A DNA stretch of 64,000 bases from the human T2T-CHM13v2.0 reference genome, Homo sapiens. A program made the translations under genes and the position numbers. The stretch lies in NCBI RefSeq assembly GCF_009914755.1, contig NC_060925.1. One strand, 5' to 3'. Shown one piece after another: positions 30,360-47,476 of this stretch (its first letter is position 1; every line of letters starts with the position of its first letter). The notes under the pieces are model-generated. The model was not told the origin of the DNA. It did no database searches and saw nothing but the letters and a program-made list of their open reading frames with translations.

Positions 30360-31700
30360 ATTCATTTAATTATGTTTACTGAGCACCTACTATACATCAG
30401 GGACACACAGGCTTAGGCATAAGGATTTAGTGATAACCTAGACACAGAGGATCCTTGGTTTCATAAAGCTTATGTCCTAGTGCAGAAAGACAGTGAAGGA
30501 ACAAGTAAACAAATAAACGTAATTTTAAGTGGTAATGGGAGCTATGAAGAAAATTAAGCATAGACAGTGAATGCAGGGAGGCGGTTTTTTTAACTTGGAT
30601 AGTCAGGGAAAAGCTTCTCAGAGGAGGTGACATTTGAGCGATATTAACACTAAGAAAAGCCAAGTATAAGAAGATCTGGGGAAATAATATTCTTGGTATA
30701 AGTAACAGCAAGTATAAAAGGCCTGCGCTGGGAACAAGCTTGGTGTATCTTCAATGAATGGCAAGAAATTGTGGCTGTGGCCTGTGAATGAATTGGAATT
30801 GGAGAGTTAATCAGGGGCCAGATCATGTAGATGCTTTTTTTTTTAACATGGCAAAATTTTGTCATGAATTTTTTTTTTTTTTGAAGAGAGACGGGGTCTT
30901 ATTATGTTGCCCAGGATAGTCTCAAACTGCTGACTTCAAGCTATCCACCCTCCTCAGCCTCCCAGATAGCTGAGATTATACCCACAACTGGCTCAGATCA
31001 TGTACACTCTTGTGGTTATGTTTAGAATTTAGGATTTCTTTTAAAGATGATAACTAATGGAGCTTGACTAAGGAGTGGTTGTTATATTGATCTGCAGAGC
31101 AGTAGAAGCAGGGACACTAAGAAGTAATTAGTCTTAATGAAAGATGATGGTGGTTGGGTGTAGTGCCTGATAATGTATTAATAGTGTTTTCAGGTCATTT
31201 GCTACTGAAAAGTGTGATACAATAAAAGTAGATAATTGGCCACTGCATTGAGTAACATGGAGGTCATTCATTGTAACCATGAAAGTGGTTTTAGTGAAGT
31301 GACTGGGACAAAAGCTTGAGTGGCATATATAAAAGAGAAAAATGAGGAATAATAGAGTGAGACCATGGGGATATAAAATTAGTAAGTTTTGCTGGTAAAG
31401 AAAATAGACAAAAAAGCAGCAGGATTGGGGGATGTCAGGATACTGTTTCGTGTGTATTTTTATTTTTTAAGATTAAAGCAATTACACATATTTGTATATT
31501 GATGGGAAACAACAAAATGGAAGGGGAAATGATGATGCAAGAAAGAAAAAGAATGCATAGAGGAATAATATGTTTAAAAGGTGAAAAGCAGTAGGACCCA
31601 GTTTATAACTGGTAGAGTTGACCTTGGTGGGAATACAGACAATACGTCTATTATAGCAGGATAGAATGCAGTGTGGATCCAAATAATATTAGGTTTACAG
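30360..31700 (-). mobile_element. L2 (antisense) with an inserted antisense Alu monomer (~30868-30993)
   Basis: L2 3' end ttcatttaattatgtttactgagcacctactat. The FLAM-like insert is flanked by a duplicated agatcatgta. Confidence 0.65.
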
Positions 31701-32461
31701 ATTTGATGGATATCTGAGGTAGCTCTGTTTTTTCAAGAAAATATTAGGTGAGATCATAAGCTGAGACAGAATTAGATATTTTAAGAGACAGAACAAGTTG
31801 TTTGTTAATCATCTTATAGAATGGGGAAAAAAGTTTTTAATAGAGAAATGCAATAGGATTGCCCAAAGTGCTCTGCTCACATATAGCATGAGAGCAATTG
31901 ATATGGTTGTATATGAAAGTACTTGGGTGTAGATACAGAATTTGCAGCTTGTCACATAATTGGAGTTTTACCAGGTAAGTAAATCAGTCATTTGGAATGC
32001 TACTTTTAACTGCCTACTCATCAGCTTAATCAGAAGCCAGACTCCACTGTTAATTTTCTGGGTCACCATAGCTAGATTTGTGATTTCTTTTTGCTCAATT
32101 TATTTATGTGTAAAATGAATTATCAATGCTTTATTTGTGGGAGCAAATGCAAAATAAAAATTGGCATGCATTAGGATTTCACTGGAAAAGAAATGTATAG
32201 TTTTGGTTTTGCTATCAGACCATCCCAGTTTGATATTCTGGCTTTGTTATTTATTAATTACATGACCATGAACAAAATTACTTAAATTCTGTGAGTCTCA
32301 ACTTCTTCTTCCATAAAATGGGGATAATAATAATACCTGTATTCAAAAGTTTGATATTAGAAATAATATAAAAGCAACTAGCACAGTATGTAACATGTAT
32401 CAAATAGTCAATATGCAATGTTATTAACACAATGATCATTACTATTAATAACGGTAATTAA

Positions 32462-33421
<960 letters not shown>

Positions 33422-33861
33422 TGAGCATAAAGTCCATATGAAGCTTGGTCTTTGAAGCTATACTCTGCATCACTGTTCTTGTCAAATTGGAAAGCTCTCT
33501 CCTCAAGGTATACATATATACTGTGCTGAACAGGGTGACACTGGTAGCTTCTGTCACAATTTGGTCATGTTCAGATGGGATCTCACTTACCAGGATATTC
33601 TACAGGTCAGAAAGGTAGTGTTTAAATCAGACTTTCAGCAAAATATTTTCTCAGTCATCTGTGTGAAAATATGTCTCATGAACTGTAGCCCCAGGGTCTA
33701 ACAGTTTCAAGGCCTCGGGAAACAAATGCATTTACAATAAATGCAAAAGCTGAAATGTAGTATTGTTAGGGAAGGCATGACTTCTATTGCTAAAATAATG
33801 CCTTGAGCTATTTCAGGCAGGTAAATACTCTAAAATCCCGAAAACAGTACGTTAAAGTATA

Positions 33862-34276
33862 CAGCTGACTCTTGAACAACGCAGGGGTTAGAGGTGCTGA
33901 TGTGCAGTTGAAAATCCACATTTAACTTTTAACTCTCCCAAAACATAACAACTATCAGCCTGGTTGACCACAAACCTTAACAATAACATAGTCAATTAAC
34001 ACATATTTTGTATGTCATATTCTGTCTTCTTACTATAAAGCAAGCTAGAGAAAATAAAATGTTATTAAGAAAATCATAGGAAAGAAAAAATAAATTTACT
34101 ATTCATTAGTGGAAATTGATCATCAAAGATCTTTATCTTGATTGTCTTCATGTTGATTAGGATGAAGAGGAAGAGAAGGGGTTGGTTTTGCTGTCTCAGT
34201 GGTGGCAGAGGTGAAAGAACATCCACATATAAGTGAATCCACACCATTCAAACATGTGTTGTTCAAGGGTCAACTG
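33862..34276. mobile_element. Tigger2a (MER28)-like TcMar DNA transposon MITE
   Basis: TIRs cagctgactcttgaacaac / gttgttcaagggtcaactg flanked by TA dinucleotides; 415 bp. Confidence 0.85.
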
Positions 34277-36257
34277 TAATTTCAAAACAGTGGAATTATA
34301 ATTCTCAGACAAATATAAAATAAACATGTTTTAATTATTCTGTCATTAATGAGGAAACTAGTAAGATATAAAAACTAATTCAAAGGACAATCTAAAGAAT
34401 ATGTATACGTATATATACAAACAAGAATGAGTGAATGAATTTATTAATAAATACAAAACTGTTTAATATCCCATAGGGCAAGAAAACTAGTATTTGAAGT
34501 CATCTTCAATACTGTGATAATCATTTGTATGGCTCACTACAGATAAACTAATTTGCATTTTGACGAACAAGATTTTCATATTAATATTGTTTTCTACAAC
34601 TTACAGAATTGTAATAAGGCACAGACCACTGCAAAAGTGGATAATCCTGGATAGTCCTTTATGTAAACCCAGCAGTGCATTGAAAGAATATGCAGTGATT
34701 TTTTTTGCCCATTTCAAAGTATTTCACATTTTTCTACAACTACAAAAGCAGTATTTTAGTTCTTGTAACTACCTCCATTTCAAGCTATATAAACAGAGAT
34801 AAGAAAGACTATTTTTCTTCTAAGTCACATTGCTTCAGTATTTCCATGTAAGAAGTTATTATTGTTTTTACAACTTACACCGCTTTAAATTTACTAAATA
34901 ATTGAGTCATTATGGGGAGGTGAGAGGGTTATTATTAACAAGTAATACATTCCAGAACTTCGGCAAGAACACCTGGAATGGGTTGGCAGCCTGTAGACAT
35001 TACACTAATTCAGAGGTGGTACCTTAATTGCATGAATCTCCTAGCAAACATAACATGTAGGCATACCTATAAGAAGTTGTACATCTCTCCTTAACAGTTA
35101 CTGTTCTGAGCCTGTGAAAGCAAGGCACTGTTGTAGGTGCTAAGTGTTCCCAACAGGTAACCTGCCTGTTTAAAAGCAAGAAGAATTCAGGATCAAATTT
35201 AGTATATTTCACTGTGAATTTTGATAAGTAAAATAAACACATAGGCCCTAGTAACTACTTCTCCAGAATTTTTTTCTGCCTAATTCATTAAAGTCAAGTT
35301 CTGAAAGATGAAAGCCCTCAAAAATACCTTCTAATGAGATTCAGGAATTGTTTATTAAAACCAAGATGTATACAAAGCTTCATATTTGCATTGCTAATTG
35401 ACCTCTTTCAAAGCTGGTTGACATTTTTGGCTCTTTTGAAGTCTTTATGATATCCTTCTTTTTAAAGTAGAATTGATTAGCTCTTGCGGGAAGAGACACA
35501 CTTAGCATCATATAAGCTAGTCTATCCACATTAGCTGCAGCACACACAACAGAACAAAATTCAATTCATTTTACACTTCCTGAATATTTATTAGTTATCT
35601 GATACCATGCACATACACAGTGGGTCAAAGGGCCTAAGCAACACTATTAAACTCTTTAAATATCAGTCCCTTCACATTACTAGATTTTGTCTTACAGTGA
35701 AGTTCCGCTTAGCTTCTAATACTTGTTCCGCCTTTTATGAGGATTCTTTAACATGTAAAGCTTTGTTGCCATATCAGAGAGCCACACTCTGAATTCACAT
35801 GCAGTTACCATCGTGTGCTATATACAAAGCTCCTGGACAGCATTTGGCTTGCATTCTTCGAAGCTATGAATTATTACATAGGGAGCAGCAAGTCTTGGCA
35901 GGGCAACTGGAGTTCAGCTCTGAAAGCCAATAGAGAAATCACATGAGTGCTTGGGTAGTAGAGTGCTGTCCTTGCTTCCTGGCCTTTATAGAGATGCAAT
36001 TTTCCTATGGCCTTTATTGATTTATTAGCAAAGCAGCAGCAAATCTAGTTATAGCAAGTTCTTTTCCAACCCAAAATTTATTGCCACCCCATGGCATAGA
36101 TCTTATCTCACAAATGAAAACTGTGTAGAAATGGAAGATGTATAGCCATGCTTGTCACAGAACCCTCCAGCAGGAGCTTTTTACTGGAGAAAGTGATTCT
36201 TGCATAATGCAGCACAATTAAGCATTTGTAGCTCCTCCAGCCTGAGTACTTAATTAG

Positions 36258-36482
<225 letters not shown>

Positions 36483-39400
36483 TGAGTCACATTAGAGCCT
36501 TCTGGAAGAGAATTCTGAGCTAAAGAATGATGGGATTACTCAAAGTTCATTTTCTCCTCTAATTTTTTATCTCAGTTCCCATAGGAAAATCTATGCTGAA
36601 ATAGAGGTTCAGACAGAGTGAAACAATAAAAAAGAAGAAAAACTACAGTTTAGGTCAAAGGGGAGAACATTTTATTAGACAAAACTTCAAATAGGGAAAA
36701 ATGATTTTTAAAAAATGTATAATGTGCTATTTTTCTTTCTTATAAGTACTTCTGAATTCATGTCTCTTTTTTGTTGCTAACTCTAATACATGATGCAAAT
36801 ATGGTTGCTGTCGAGGTAAAATAAATTACAACTAAAAGATTGCCTCATAGAATTGCCTACAACCCAAAAGTATATATACCTTATCCATATGAGTCTACTT
36901 TTCCCAGAGAAACTCTTCAACTCTTCTTCACCTCATACAGGAATTCTTAAAATGGAGTTGGTCAATGGCTTCAGGCAATCTGTGACCTGCTGAAAATACA
37001 GGAAAATTAGAATATGTATTTGAGTGGCTAGGGGTAAGTTCAGGGGTAGAAATAATGCATACTGAATAGCTTTTATCAGCTGCTTAAAGGGATTTATGTC
37101 CCCAAAACAGTTATGAACTGGGGCTCTATAGAATACAGATACTATATAAGCAGATAATTGTTAACCTTTTGTTTTAGCACTGTGCCATGCACCTTACAAA
37201 TACCATCTCTAATTCTTATAGCTCTGTAAAGAAGGTTTCATGATTTTTATTTTGCATATGTGTAAACTGAGGCTGAGAGGTTGAGTGACATATAAAGGGC
37301 CTATCCACACGTTTGCTGCAGTAAGGTTGAGCTGCCTTCAAAGCCTCTGCTCTTCTATTTGATGTGCCAGCATAACTGTATGAATAAATCTTTGCTCAAC
37401 ACAATTTCTTTTTTTTTAATGAGAAAGGTGTTCTTCCATCTCATGTATCATCGAGGGTAAGATAAGTGATCTCTGATCAAACTTCCTACATTGAAAAAAT
37501 TAAATAAACTGAGCTCAGACATATTTGACAAAGATATTTTGACTGACTCAATATTTCCCATAAGCATAGTTAATAAAATAATGGATATGTGAGTGCTCCC
37601 TGGCAAGTGCCCTTTGGATTAATTGGAATTTTCTGTTTTCTAGCTGGCCTCTTTTGCATCACAAAGACACAGGTCTTTTGCCATTTTTACAAAACAGCGG
37701 GGAGTCTAGGGTATACCTGAATTTGACCCTTTTAACGTTCATTTTTATTTGCAGCCTGCCTTCTGTGGTTGGTTCTTTGTGGTACAGGCATTCCAAGTCT
37801 ATATGTGCATGAAAGGAGATAGCCTTGAGTCACATTCTGCTTTCTGTTGCACCAATTTTGGTTCTGCAACTTATTAACTGAGATCGTTTAGTTGTATTCC
37901 AATTCCATGTATCTTTCAAAATATTGCAAATATTTTCTTGTCATTAATTTTGAGTAATCCAACTATTGTCAAGGGTGGGTTGCTTCCTGGTTGAACGTCA
38001 CACTTTCTGCCTAATGGCACAATGCATGGAACTCATCCAAAACCCTGGATTATTTTTCTCTGCCACTCACACATTGTTTCTATTTACAACAAATATCTCC
38101 CTGTCTTCTGATATTTATTAGTTTACAAAATTTATATTTGACATTTAAATTCAGATATATTTGAAATATAGAAAGAAAAGAAAGCTTAGAGTTTTCCTTC
38201 TTTTCCCAGGAGACTTTTCAACTGGAAAAACTTACATGATGCTAGATATTTCTAAAACATTGAACCTGTGTTCAGTAGATTCTATGCTTTCAAAGTCCTT
38301 AACCATCATTACTTAATTGACTAGATGTTAATGGATTTATTTTTACTTTTCATGCATTAATTAACCTCTAATAAAAATGCCAATGATGCTGATAATACAT
38401 GTGTATCTATTGTTGACTGTTTAGTTCAACAGAGAAATAGGTGAGAAAGTGATGGAGTAGTTAGAGGAAGACAGAAAATAGTGGGCTATCTCCCATGGCC
38501 TAGGGAAATGTGACTTCCATCACATCCAAGGATATTGAAAAGCTATCCTCAAATAAATTGGCTTCTCTCCTGCCTTGGTTAAACCTTCAGCTTAATAGTG
38601 TCATCCTGGCAGGTTTTGAATGATGGATGGTGTGAACACTCTGGCCCACCCAAGACCGAGAATGCTTGGCAGGCTCCTGAGGGTTGTCAAGTTTTGCTCA
38701 GATCTAATCAGAGAAGTCTCCCTCCAGTCCAGAAGCATAAGCCAAAAAAGGAAAACAAAATGTCTCAGCTATGCTTGGTATCCAAAGGGATAAGGAGCTG
38801 TTTTTCTTGGAAGAAATCTTTGTTTTCCTTTATACCTTGGGCTGGCCTTGCCCCACTACCTCACCCCCTTTCATTTTGAGCCTAGTGATTAGTCTCTGAC
38901 CCATACGTGCAAGTTTTACATTTTGGAAGGTGAGGGAAAGAATAAGGGAAAATTAAAAATTGTTTACATAAAATTTCAACATTATAAGCTGCACTATAGA
39001 GATCTTGGAGCTAAGATTTTATACAAATTTTCAAAAGTAAAATAGCCGCCTTAGTTGCTGTTCTATCCCAAGGTCTTAGCAGAGTGTTTGTCACATAGTA
39101 TGTGTTAAATAAATATCCACTGTGTGACTGAATACATGATTGGTGACTTAATCCATGAATATACAGAAAAACAAATTCTTGCTGGAAAATTAGTTTAAAA
39201 AAATGACAATATCCCAGGAAGAAGAAAACTTCAATTTACCTGAGACTTGATGTCACTTGTCTTGGAAAATTTGGCTTTTGAAAGTCATTCTACCTCAACA
39301 TTTCAGAAATTATGCTTGGCTATTGGAACACAGATTTATTAGCAAGTACAATCTTCTAATTATTGATTTTTGCTTTTGTTATAAAAAAAGGATTTCCACA

Positions 39401-39970
39401 GAAAATAATTCAAAATCTCTCAGAATAAACCTCTCCTCTTCCTCCTCCTCCTCCTTCCCTCCTTCTTTTTTTTTTTTTTTTTTTTTTTTTGGTTTCTCTT
39501 TGGTGGGCTTTTTCCTTAGCCTGAGGGCTCTGATGCATGAGGATCCTGATAGCCTGAATGTAGGTCTGCCCTGCAGACTCCAGATGGCAAAATACAGCCT
39601 CTCTCCTTGTGCCCCTAATAAACTGAACATTTATATAAGGTGGCAACCACACTAATGCTCTTGAGCATTGACACTGGTGTAGGCATGGCCCACTTTTCTC
39701 TTGGTTTCTAAATATTTGCATCTATTTTCTCATTCTAATTAATTCCGTGTGTATATGTATATATATGTGTACAGATTATTTCCATTAAACCCCAAATGTG
39801 TTAAAGAAATTTTAAGAAACATCTCCGACATTATCAAGTATGTATAAAGTATGTGTGGATGGGTAGATAAGACTGTGCTGTTCCAGAGAGATAAGGCAAA
39901 CTTTTTCTTCCCATTTCACAACCAATGTATTCAACAGGGACCTGGGTTTCTGCTGTTCTGTTTATTTTGA

Positions 39971-40225
<255 letters not shown>

Positions 40226-40316
40226 CATACATTTGAACATTCCCAAATGAAAAAAAAAGCCATTGAATTTCAAGAAATGCCTTGATTCATTTTAGATCTC
40301 TGGGGAAGAAAAAGGA

Positions 40317-40322
40317 AATAAA
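40317..40322 (+). terminator. Candidate polyadenylation signal for exon-11b-terminated transcripts
   Basis: First AATAAA about 90 nt after the 11b stop. Other candidates occur further downstream (e.g. ~41322, ~42607). Confidence 0.4.
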
Positions 40323-40649
40323 AACCATCTCAATAATTAAGGTAAATTCAAGGCTTATTTTAAACATATCAGAAGCACTTTGTCTGTGTATAAAATATTT
40401 TCCTATTCTAACTTTAAATATGAAAAAAGTGTTCTTAATATAACTAGAAATATCTCCTTATTGTGTGTATTTAGTACAAACATATTATCATTCTCAACAC
40501 TTCTATATGTGAATGACCACTGCAATTTCTTCCCACTCCATTTCTGGGTATTTTCACATTTTAAGTTGCCCTCCATCACTATGATTCTATTTTCATTTCT
40601 GTTCTTTCATTCTTATCTATTATTTATGACACAAAAATTGAGAATTACA

Positions 40650-40946
40650 GGCCAGGTGTGGTGGTTCACTCCTATAATCCCAGCACTATGGGAGGCTGAA
40701 GTGGGTGGAACACCTGAGGCCAGGAGTTTGAGACCAGCCTAGCCAACGTGGTGAAAACCTGTCTCTACTAAAAATACAAAAGTAACTGGGAGTGGTGGCA
40801 CATGCCTGTAATCCCAGCTACTCAGGAGGGTGAAGCAGGAGACTTGCTTGAACCCAGGAGGCGGCCGTTGCAATGAGCCAAGATTGTGCCACTGCACTCC
40901 AGCCTGGGCGACAGGTGAGATTCTGTCTAAAAAAAAAAAAAAAAAA
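40650..40946 (+). mobile_element. Alu (AluS-type) downstream of the exon 11b stop
   Basis: Sense Alu dimer with poly-A; TSD approximately gagaattac. Confidence 0.92.
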
Positions 40947-42709
40947 GAGAGAATTACCGATTAAAATTACTGATTATATTCATCTATGTTTTTACATGAA
41001 GCTATTCAAATGAATTGTTACGTTTTCTCTGATATATGATTAAATATATAAAGAGAAATCAGGAATTTACATCGAGTCCCTAAATTGTAGAAAAACAATT
41101 ATCTAGTATCAGTACTCAAATTATACCTCCCTGGTATAATTTCTGATTCCATAAAACTGTCTCTCTAACAAAGTTACAAATAATCCTTTCTCTATTTCCT
41201 TTCCTGCAATACTTTCCCTTTTCCTAACAAATAGAACAATTTTTCTGTTGTTTCTAAATTTATGAGCTCCTTGACTTTTCTATCAAATGGACTAATTTCA
41301 GTTGCTTTTCAATGAATATTTAATAAAAATAAGCACTGTAGTTTATACATAAATTTAAAAGTATATATTGTAAAACTTGAATTTTCTTAGAAGCATGGTT
41401 TTCTAAGATTTGCAAGTAAATTTATTTTCTTAAGTATCTTTCAGAAAAAAATATGAAAGCATAGTATACATCATAACCAAAATATATTTGACATTATGAT
41501 TTTTTAAAATAAATGTATACCTGAAATAATGGATCTATAAAGTATACTAAGATATGCAAAAATTAATATATTCTTTATTATAAATATTTCAGAGATTATA
41601 AAATAATAATTTAAAAAAACTTTCTTAATGTTTTTATTGTTTCCACCAGTATGTTATCATTTATGCTAAATATCTTTGTGTAGATATACCCTTCCAAAGA
41701 AGACGTTATTTGTGTTCATTTAAAGGAAAAATAGTTTGATCCTATGAATTAATTCAGAAAGCAACTAAAATAACAATGGCCTGCCAAATGTCATTTTGTA
41801 AATATACGTCTATGACTTTAGGAGCTGTCCTGGTTTGAAAACATGAGGACAGTTTATCCATTGGATGCCATCTATTTAGTCCCAATTAAGAAAGTTGTTT
41901 TTTTGTGAGAATGACCAAGGTAAATTTAAATATACCATTCAAACAAACAAGGACAAAATAATATCCTTGTTATAGAGTACATGTAGCATATAGTATGAAG
42001 TAATATACTACAAAAGCAAAGAAAGTGTATTCTATCTTGCAATAGTAATAGACAATTTTTATATAGCAAATTCATATCCTTTGGAGTAGTGACAATCATT
42101 TCAAACTGGGAGCAACTAATTGTGAAGATTTTCCTTCTTACTCATCCATTTTCTTCACATCCAAGGCTGAACGTGTGATGCTGCTGCTTCAGATGATTTG
42201 TTCCAAAGTTAAATTTTGTGACAAAAGACATGGGGAAAACCTTCCCATCAATATTTACATTCACAAGTATTTGCAATAAGCATAAAATAGATTATAGCCA
42301 GACTATATGTATAGTTTTCACATTTACTCCCTTCTAGACATACCTGTACTTATGTACTTACAGGCTGTTCCAAATGTAATATGTTCTCTACCAAATGTGG
42401 TTAAGAAATATTCACTCACAATTTCTTTCTGTGTACAATTCTGATGCCTCTGTTGTCACTGTAATTGTCAGTTGCTTTTCTGTTTTCCAAATGTCTTCTT
42501 GTCATAAGGTATCTGACTTTAAAAAATGTTTTCCCTTTTCTTTTTATTCTTCTGTATTTTCCAGCTGCATGTGTGTGACTATGGCTTTTACATATTTGCA
42601 CAGAAAAATAAAACCTTTGTTTCTGTATCTTCTCTTTCTCATCTTCTAATGGTACTTGTACTTGTTTGCCTTGACTATGTCTTGTATGATAAAATTTCCA
42701 CCAGCCATG

Positions 42710-42712
<3 letters not shown>

Positions 42713-42744
<32 letters not shown>
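42713..42744. repeat. (CA)n microsatellite
   Basis: About 16 AC units. Confidence 0.93.
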
Positions 42745-42745
<1 letters not shown>

Positions 42746-43716
42746 ACAGAAGTACTAGTACTGATCTTCCTGAATCGTGATCTCTTTCTGTGAAAGTGTC
42801 ACTGTGAGTAAACACTGTGGTATCCAAGTAAAGTTGCATGTACTCTGGCAAGTAATCCTCTAGTTGGCATTCTAAAGTTGATTACAACCCTAATTGTTCT
42901 TATTATTGGTTTACATTGTCCCTGCCAAAGCTAGCCATAGTTCAACCTGGTTCTAAAGAGGGGCTGTTTTACCTAAATGACAGAAATTTACACTAACTCC
43001 TCTGGACCAAGCTTCTAAAACATAGCCTATATTTACTTGAATAAAAACTAATTCCATTTTGCTGCGTTTTTCAGATTTAACATTAAACTAAACAGGGCTA
43101 TGTCTCTATGTTTGGCCATGCCTCCTTTTTTGTGTGCGTACGTGGCAAGTGGGTTTTTATCACCCTCCCTTTTGCAAAATAGGAAAATAGAGAGAATAGG
43201 CAAATTTGGAAAAATCAGTTTTTGAGGAGGAGAGACAACTAAGTTCAATTAACACCACTGAGGACTTACTCTATGCCAGGAACTGTGATAAGCCTTTTTA
43301 AATACTTTATCTTTTCAATTATCTTTTTTCAATACAAGGTCAACCAAAATCTTTTTATCTTCCAAATTCTTCACTAAATTTTCTTAAAATATCTTTTGGC
43401 CATTTGTAGGTTTAAAAATAGAAACTGTTAAGCTTTAATTTTGCAATATTAAAATTAAACTTCTTCTGCAAATGGTGCTGCATAAAATTTGAGTTTAGTG
43501 AGTTAGGCAGGAAATCAGTGAAGAAATCTGTTTCTCAACTGCCAGTATTATTACTAATATAAACTATTTTACTTCTCTGCTTTTGTACTTATTCAACAAA
43601 TGTTTAATGTATGTCTACTATTTGCCATACTGTATACTAGGTCCTGGGAATAGAACTATGATTTAGACACAATGCTTGCTCAAAATAAGCTGAAGTTATG
43701 GTAAGGAATGTGGGTT

Positions 43717-44013
43717 AGACTGGGTGTGGTGGCTCACACCTGTAATCCCAGCACTTTGGGAAGCCGAGGTGGGTGGATGACCTGCAGTCAGGAGTTCAAG
43801 ATCAGCCTGACAAACATGGTGAAACCTTGTCTATACTAAAAATACAAAAATTAGCTGGGCATGGTGGCGCATGCCTGTAATCCCAGCCACTCAGGAGGCC
43901 GAGGAAGGAGAATCACTTTAACCCGGGAGGTGGAGGTTGCAGTGAGCTGAGATCACACCATTACACTCCAGCCTGGGTGACAGAGTGAGACTTTGTCTCA
44001 AAAAAAAAAAAAA
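43717..44013 (+). mobile_element. Alu (AluS-type) inside a degenerate antisense L2
   Basis: Sense Alu dimer with poly-A. Confidence 0.9.
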
Positions 44014-44815
44014 ATGTGATTAAACAAATAGTCTTAGGATGTAACTAGGATGTAACTGAGTGCCAGCTGTAAGGGAGCATATAAGAGAGGCATTTTGTCC
44101 AGTCTTACAGGTGGGTATAGAAGGTCAAGGAAAGTTTCCTGAAGCCTAAGCTAAGACTTGAGGGAGTTAGGCTGTGGAAGAAGCAATGGCACAGTACTGT
44201 GTGTTTCAGGCAGAAGGGGCTGGAGAGGTTGTGCACTGTGACAGGGATATCACAGGGTGGCAGTGCTGAAAGATGGGGCTGTCGAAAGAAGCAGGAGTAA
44301 GCCCTTATACACCTTGGCAGAGGCCTTGGTTTTTCATCATAAGAGAAATGGAGAATCCTTGAAGGGTTTCAAACAAGAAAAATGTCATGATTATACTTGC
44401 ACTTTAGAAAGATCACTTGGGCTTCTACATAGAGAATGGCTTAAAAGAAAGGCAAGACTGGACCCAGAAAGACACAGCTAGGAGGCTGCTGCAGTGATAA
44501 AGAAAGAAGGAGAATTTGCACTACCATATATAGTTGTAGAGAAGATAGATTTTAAAAGTTTGAAGCATGATTTTTTGGGAGAAGCTGTGGGTCTAAGGGG
44601 GTGATAACTTAAATTTGGTGGATAATATTTTTAATATCTTTGTTGATTGGATAAATGAATGAATTTAAGATCTGTTGGATATCTAAATACAGTTATTAAT
44701 CAGTGTGCATATTCCATTCTGGAGTTCAAGAGGCATATCAGGGTGTATATATTTGGGATATATATTATAGATCTATTGAGTGTTATATTCCATTCTTTGT
44801 ATATGTAATCCATTT

Positions 44816-45370
44816 GTATTATTTATTTATTGCTCTGCAACAATATTACTTCAAACTTGGCAACTTAAAACAACACACATTTATTATCTCACAGTTTCTG
44901 TGTTCAGGAGCCCAGGCATGGCTTAACTAGGTCCTCTGCTCAGGGTCTCACAAGACAGCATTCAAGGTGTCAGCCAGAGATGTGGTCTCATCTGAGCTGA
45001 ACCAGGGAGGGATCCACTTCCAGAGTGAACTCAGGGATCAAGTTCACTGAGGCTGATGGCAGAGGTAGCCTTCGATTCCTGAAGGCAGCCCTCAGCTCCT
45101 TGCCACTTGGGGCTCCCCAACATGGTTGCTTACTTCCTCAAAGCCAAAAAAGGAGGGAGAGATGCCAGCAAGATGGATGTTACCATTTTATATAACATAA
45201 TTATGCAATTGTGTACATATAATCGCATACTTCTCCTCACCTTTGTCATAGTCTGTTGGTTAAGAACAAGTCACAGGTTCTATCTACACTGAAAGCGAGA
45301 GGGGCACACAAGGTGTAAACACCAGGAGGTGGGGACCAACCATGGGGGGTTCACTTAAAAGGGTGTCTGC
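44816..45370. mobile_element. MLT1-family (ERVL-MaLR) solo LTR
   Basis: aacttaaaacaacacacatttattatctcacagtttctgtg...cagggtctcacaagacagcattcaaggtgtcagcc, typical of MLT1. Confidence 0.75.
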
Positions 45371-45371
45371 C

Positions 45372-45686
45372 AGCTGGTTGCAGTGGCTCACATCTGTAAT
45401 CCCAGCATTTTGGGAGGCCTATGCAGTAAGATCACTTGAGTCTAGGATTTCCAGGCCAGCTAGGAAGCATGGTAAAATCCCCTTTCTGACAAAAAAAAAG
45501 AAAAGAAAAAATACAAAAATTAGTTTGGCATGTGCCTGTAGTCCCAGCTACTAAGGAGGCTGAGGCTAGGTGGGAAGATCACCTGAGCCTGGGAAGTCGA
45601 GGCTGCCATGAGCCATGATGGCACCACTGCACTCCAGCCTGGGCAACAGAGCAAGAACCTGTCTCAAAAAAAAAAAAAAAAAAAAA
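45372..45686 (+). mobile_element. Alu (AluJ-type)
   Basis: Diverged sense Alu dimer with poly-A; duplicated tgtctgcca flank. Confidence 0.88.
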
Positions 45687-46977
45687 GTCTGTCTGCCAAA
45701 CCTTCTCTCACAGTATCTTTTTTTACTGTCTGTGCTGTATTCTGCATATATTCCCTATTGCTATCTTCCAAGCACTGATAGTCCACATATAATCCACTGA
45801 TAGATTTTTCAATTTTAAATTACTTTAAAAAATTCTGACTTTTTTAAATCTTACAAATCAATCTTTTCTCCTGTTTGTGTCCTGTTTTTTTTTCTCTATA
45901 ATTGCTACCTTCATTTTACTTTCACATAATTAGGAACTTATTTAATAGTGTCTTTCAGACTGTTGTGTTATTTCAAGCTCTTGGAGTGCTCACCCTCCTA
46001 TTTTTGTTTCTGGGGAATTTTACTCACAACAGAGTTTTTCTTCATGTGGTTTGTTATTTTTTTATGAGCAAAAACAACTTTAAGAGGATTTTTCTTTTTC
46101 CTGGGGGGTCTTTGTGTGCTGAGTTGCGTAAATGCCCCTGACTACAGTCTTAGCTTTAGATTTTTGCTAGGATGCCAGGAGTTCCACTGGTCTAGTGCCT
46201 GTTTTTGTGCTCTTAGTTTGGGGATTCCCACAACATCTGGATAGTGTAAATTTGGTCTCCATATACAATTTGGGTTCAAGCCCTTTATAAATGTGACACA
46301 AACTGTCTCCAACTTCATTTCTTACCTGTGCTCTCACAAACTCCACTCTCCAGCCACATGAAACTTTGCACCTCCCTTTGAACTTTTCACAGCTGCCACA
46401 GCTCTTCCCTTACGTGCTGTTCCTCCCACCTAACCTGTCATTCCCTTCTTCTCTGTTTGACATACTTTTGTCCTTCCAGAAATTTCAGATCTTGTATAGA
46501 CTCTTCTAGGATCCTTTCCCTGATTGCCCCAGGAAAAGCTTACTATTTTATTCCTGCACTTTTTTGCTATTTTGTACTTCTTTTTCTAGTGCTTATTATT
46601 TGGTAATTATCTATGCATGTACACACAAAAACAGCATCCAATAATAAACTGCTCAAGGCCAGAGGCCATCTAACATATCTAACTCAGCTCTACAAATGTC
46701 TGTAAAAGAATGATCACTTTACAGTAACATGGAGATCTTGAGAAGAAATTATATTGCTTCCTTATTTTAATATTTTTATTTTAATGAGGATAAATGCATA
46801 GTGTAGCTAGAATAAAATTTATCATGATACACTTATAGCTAAGTGAGAAACTGCAGGCTATTTAAGAATACAAATTCATAGTGGTATTTACAACAATGTC
46901 AAAAGAATAGCAACTATGTCAGTGTGCATTTTTATTTTCCCTTAGTTGTAACATCATAGTTATGACAGCTGCTTTAA

Positions 46978-47476
<499 letters not shown>

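Noticed and set aside
39257-39721. ORFs of 83-132 aa in intron 10
   Set aside because: Driven by a CCT/poly-T low-complexity tract.
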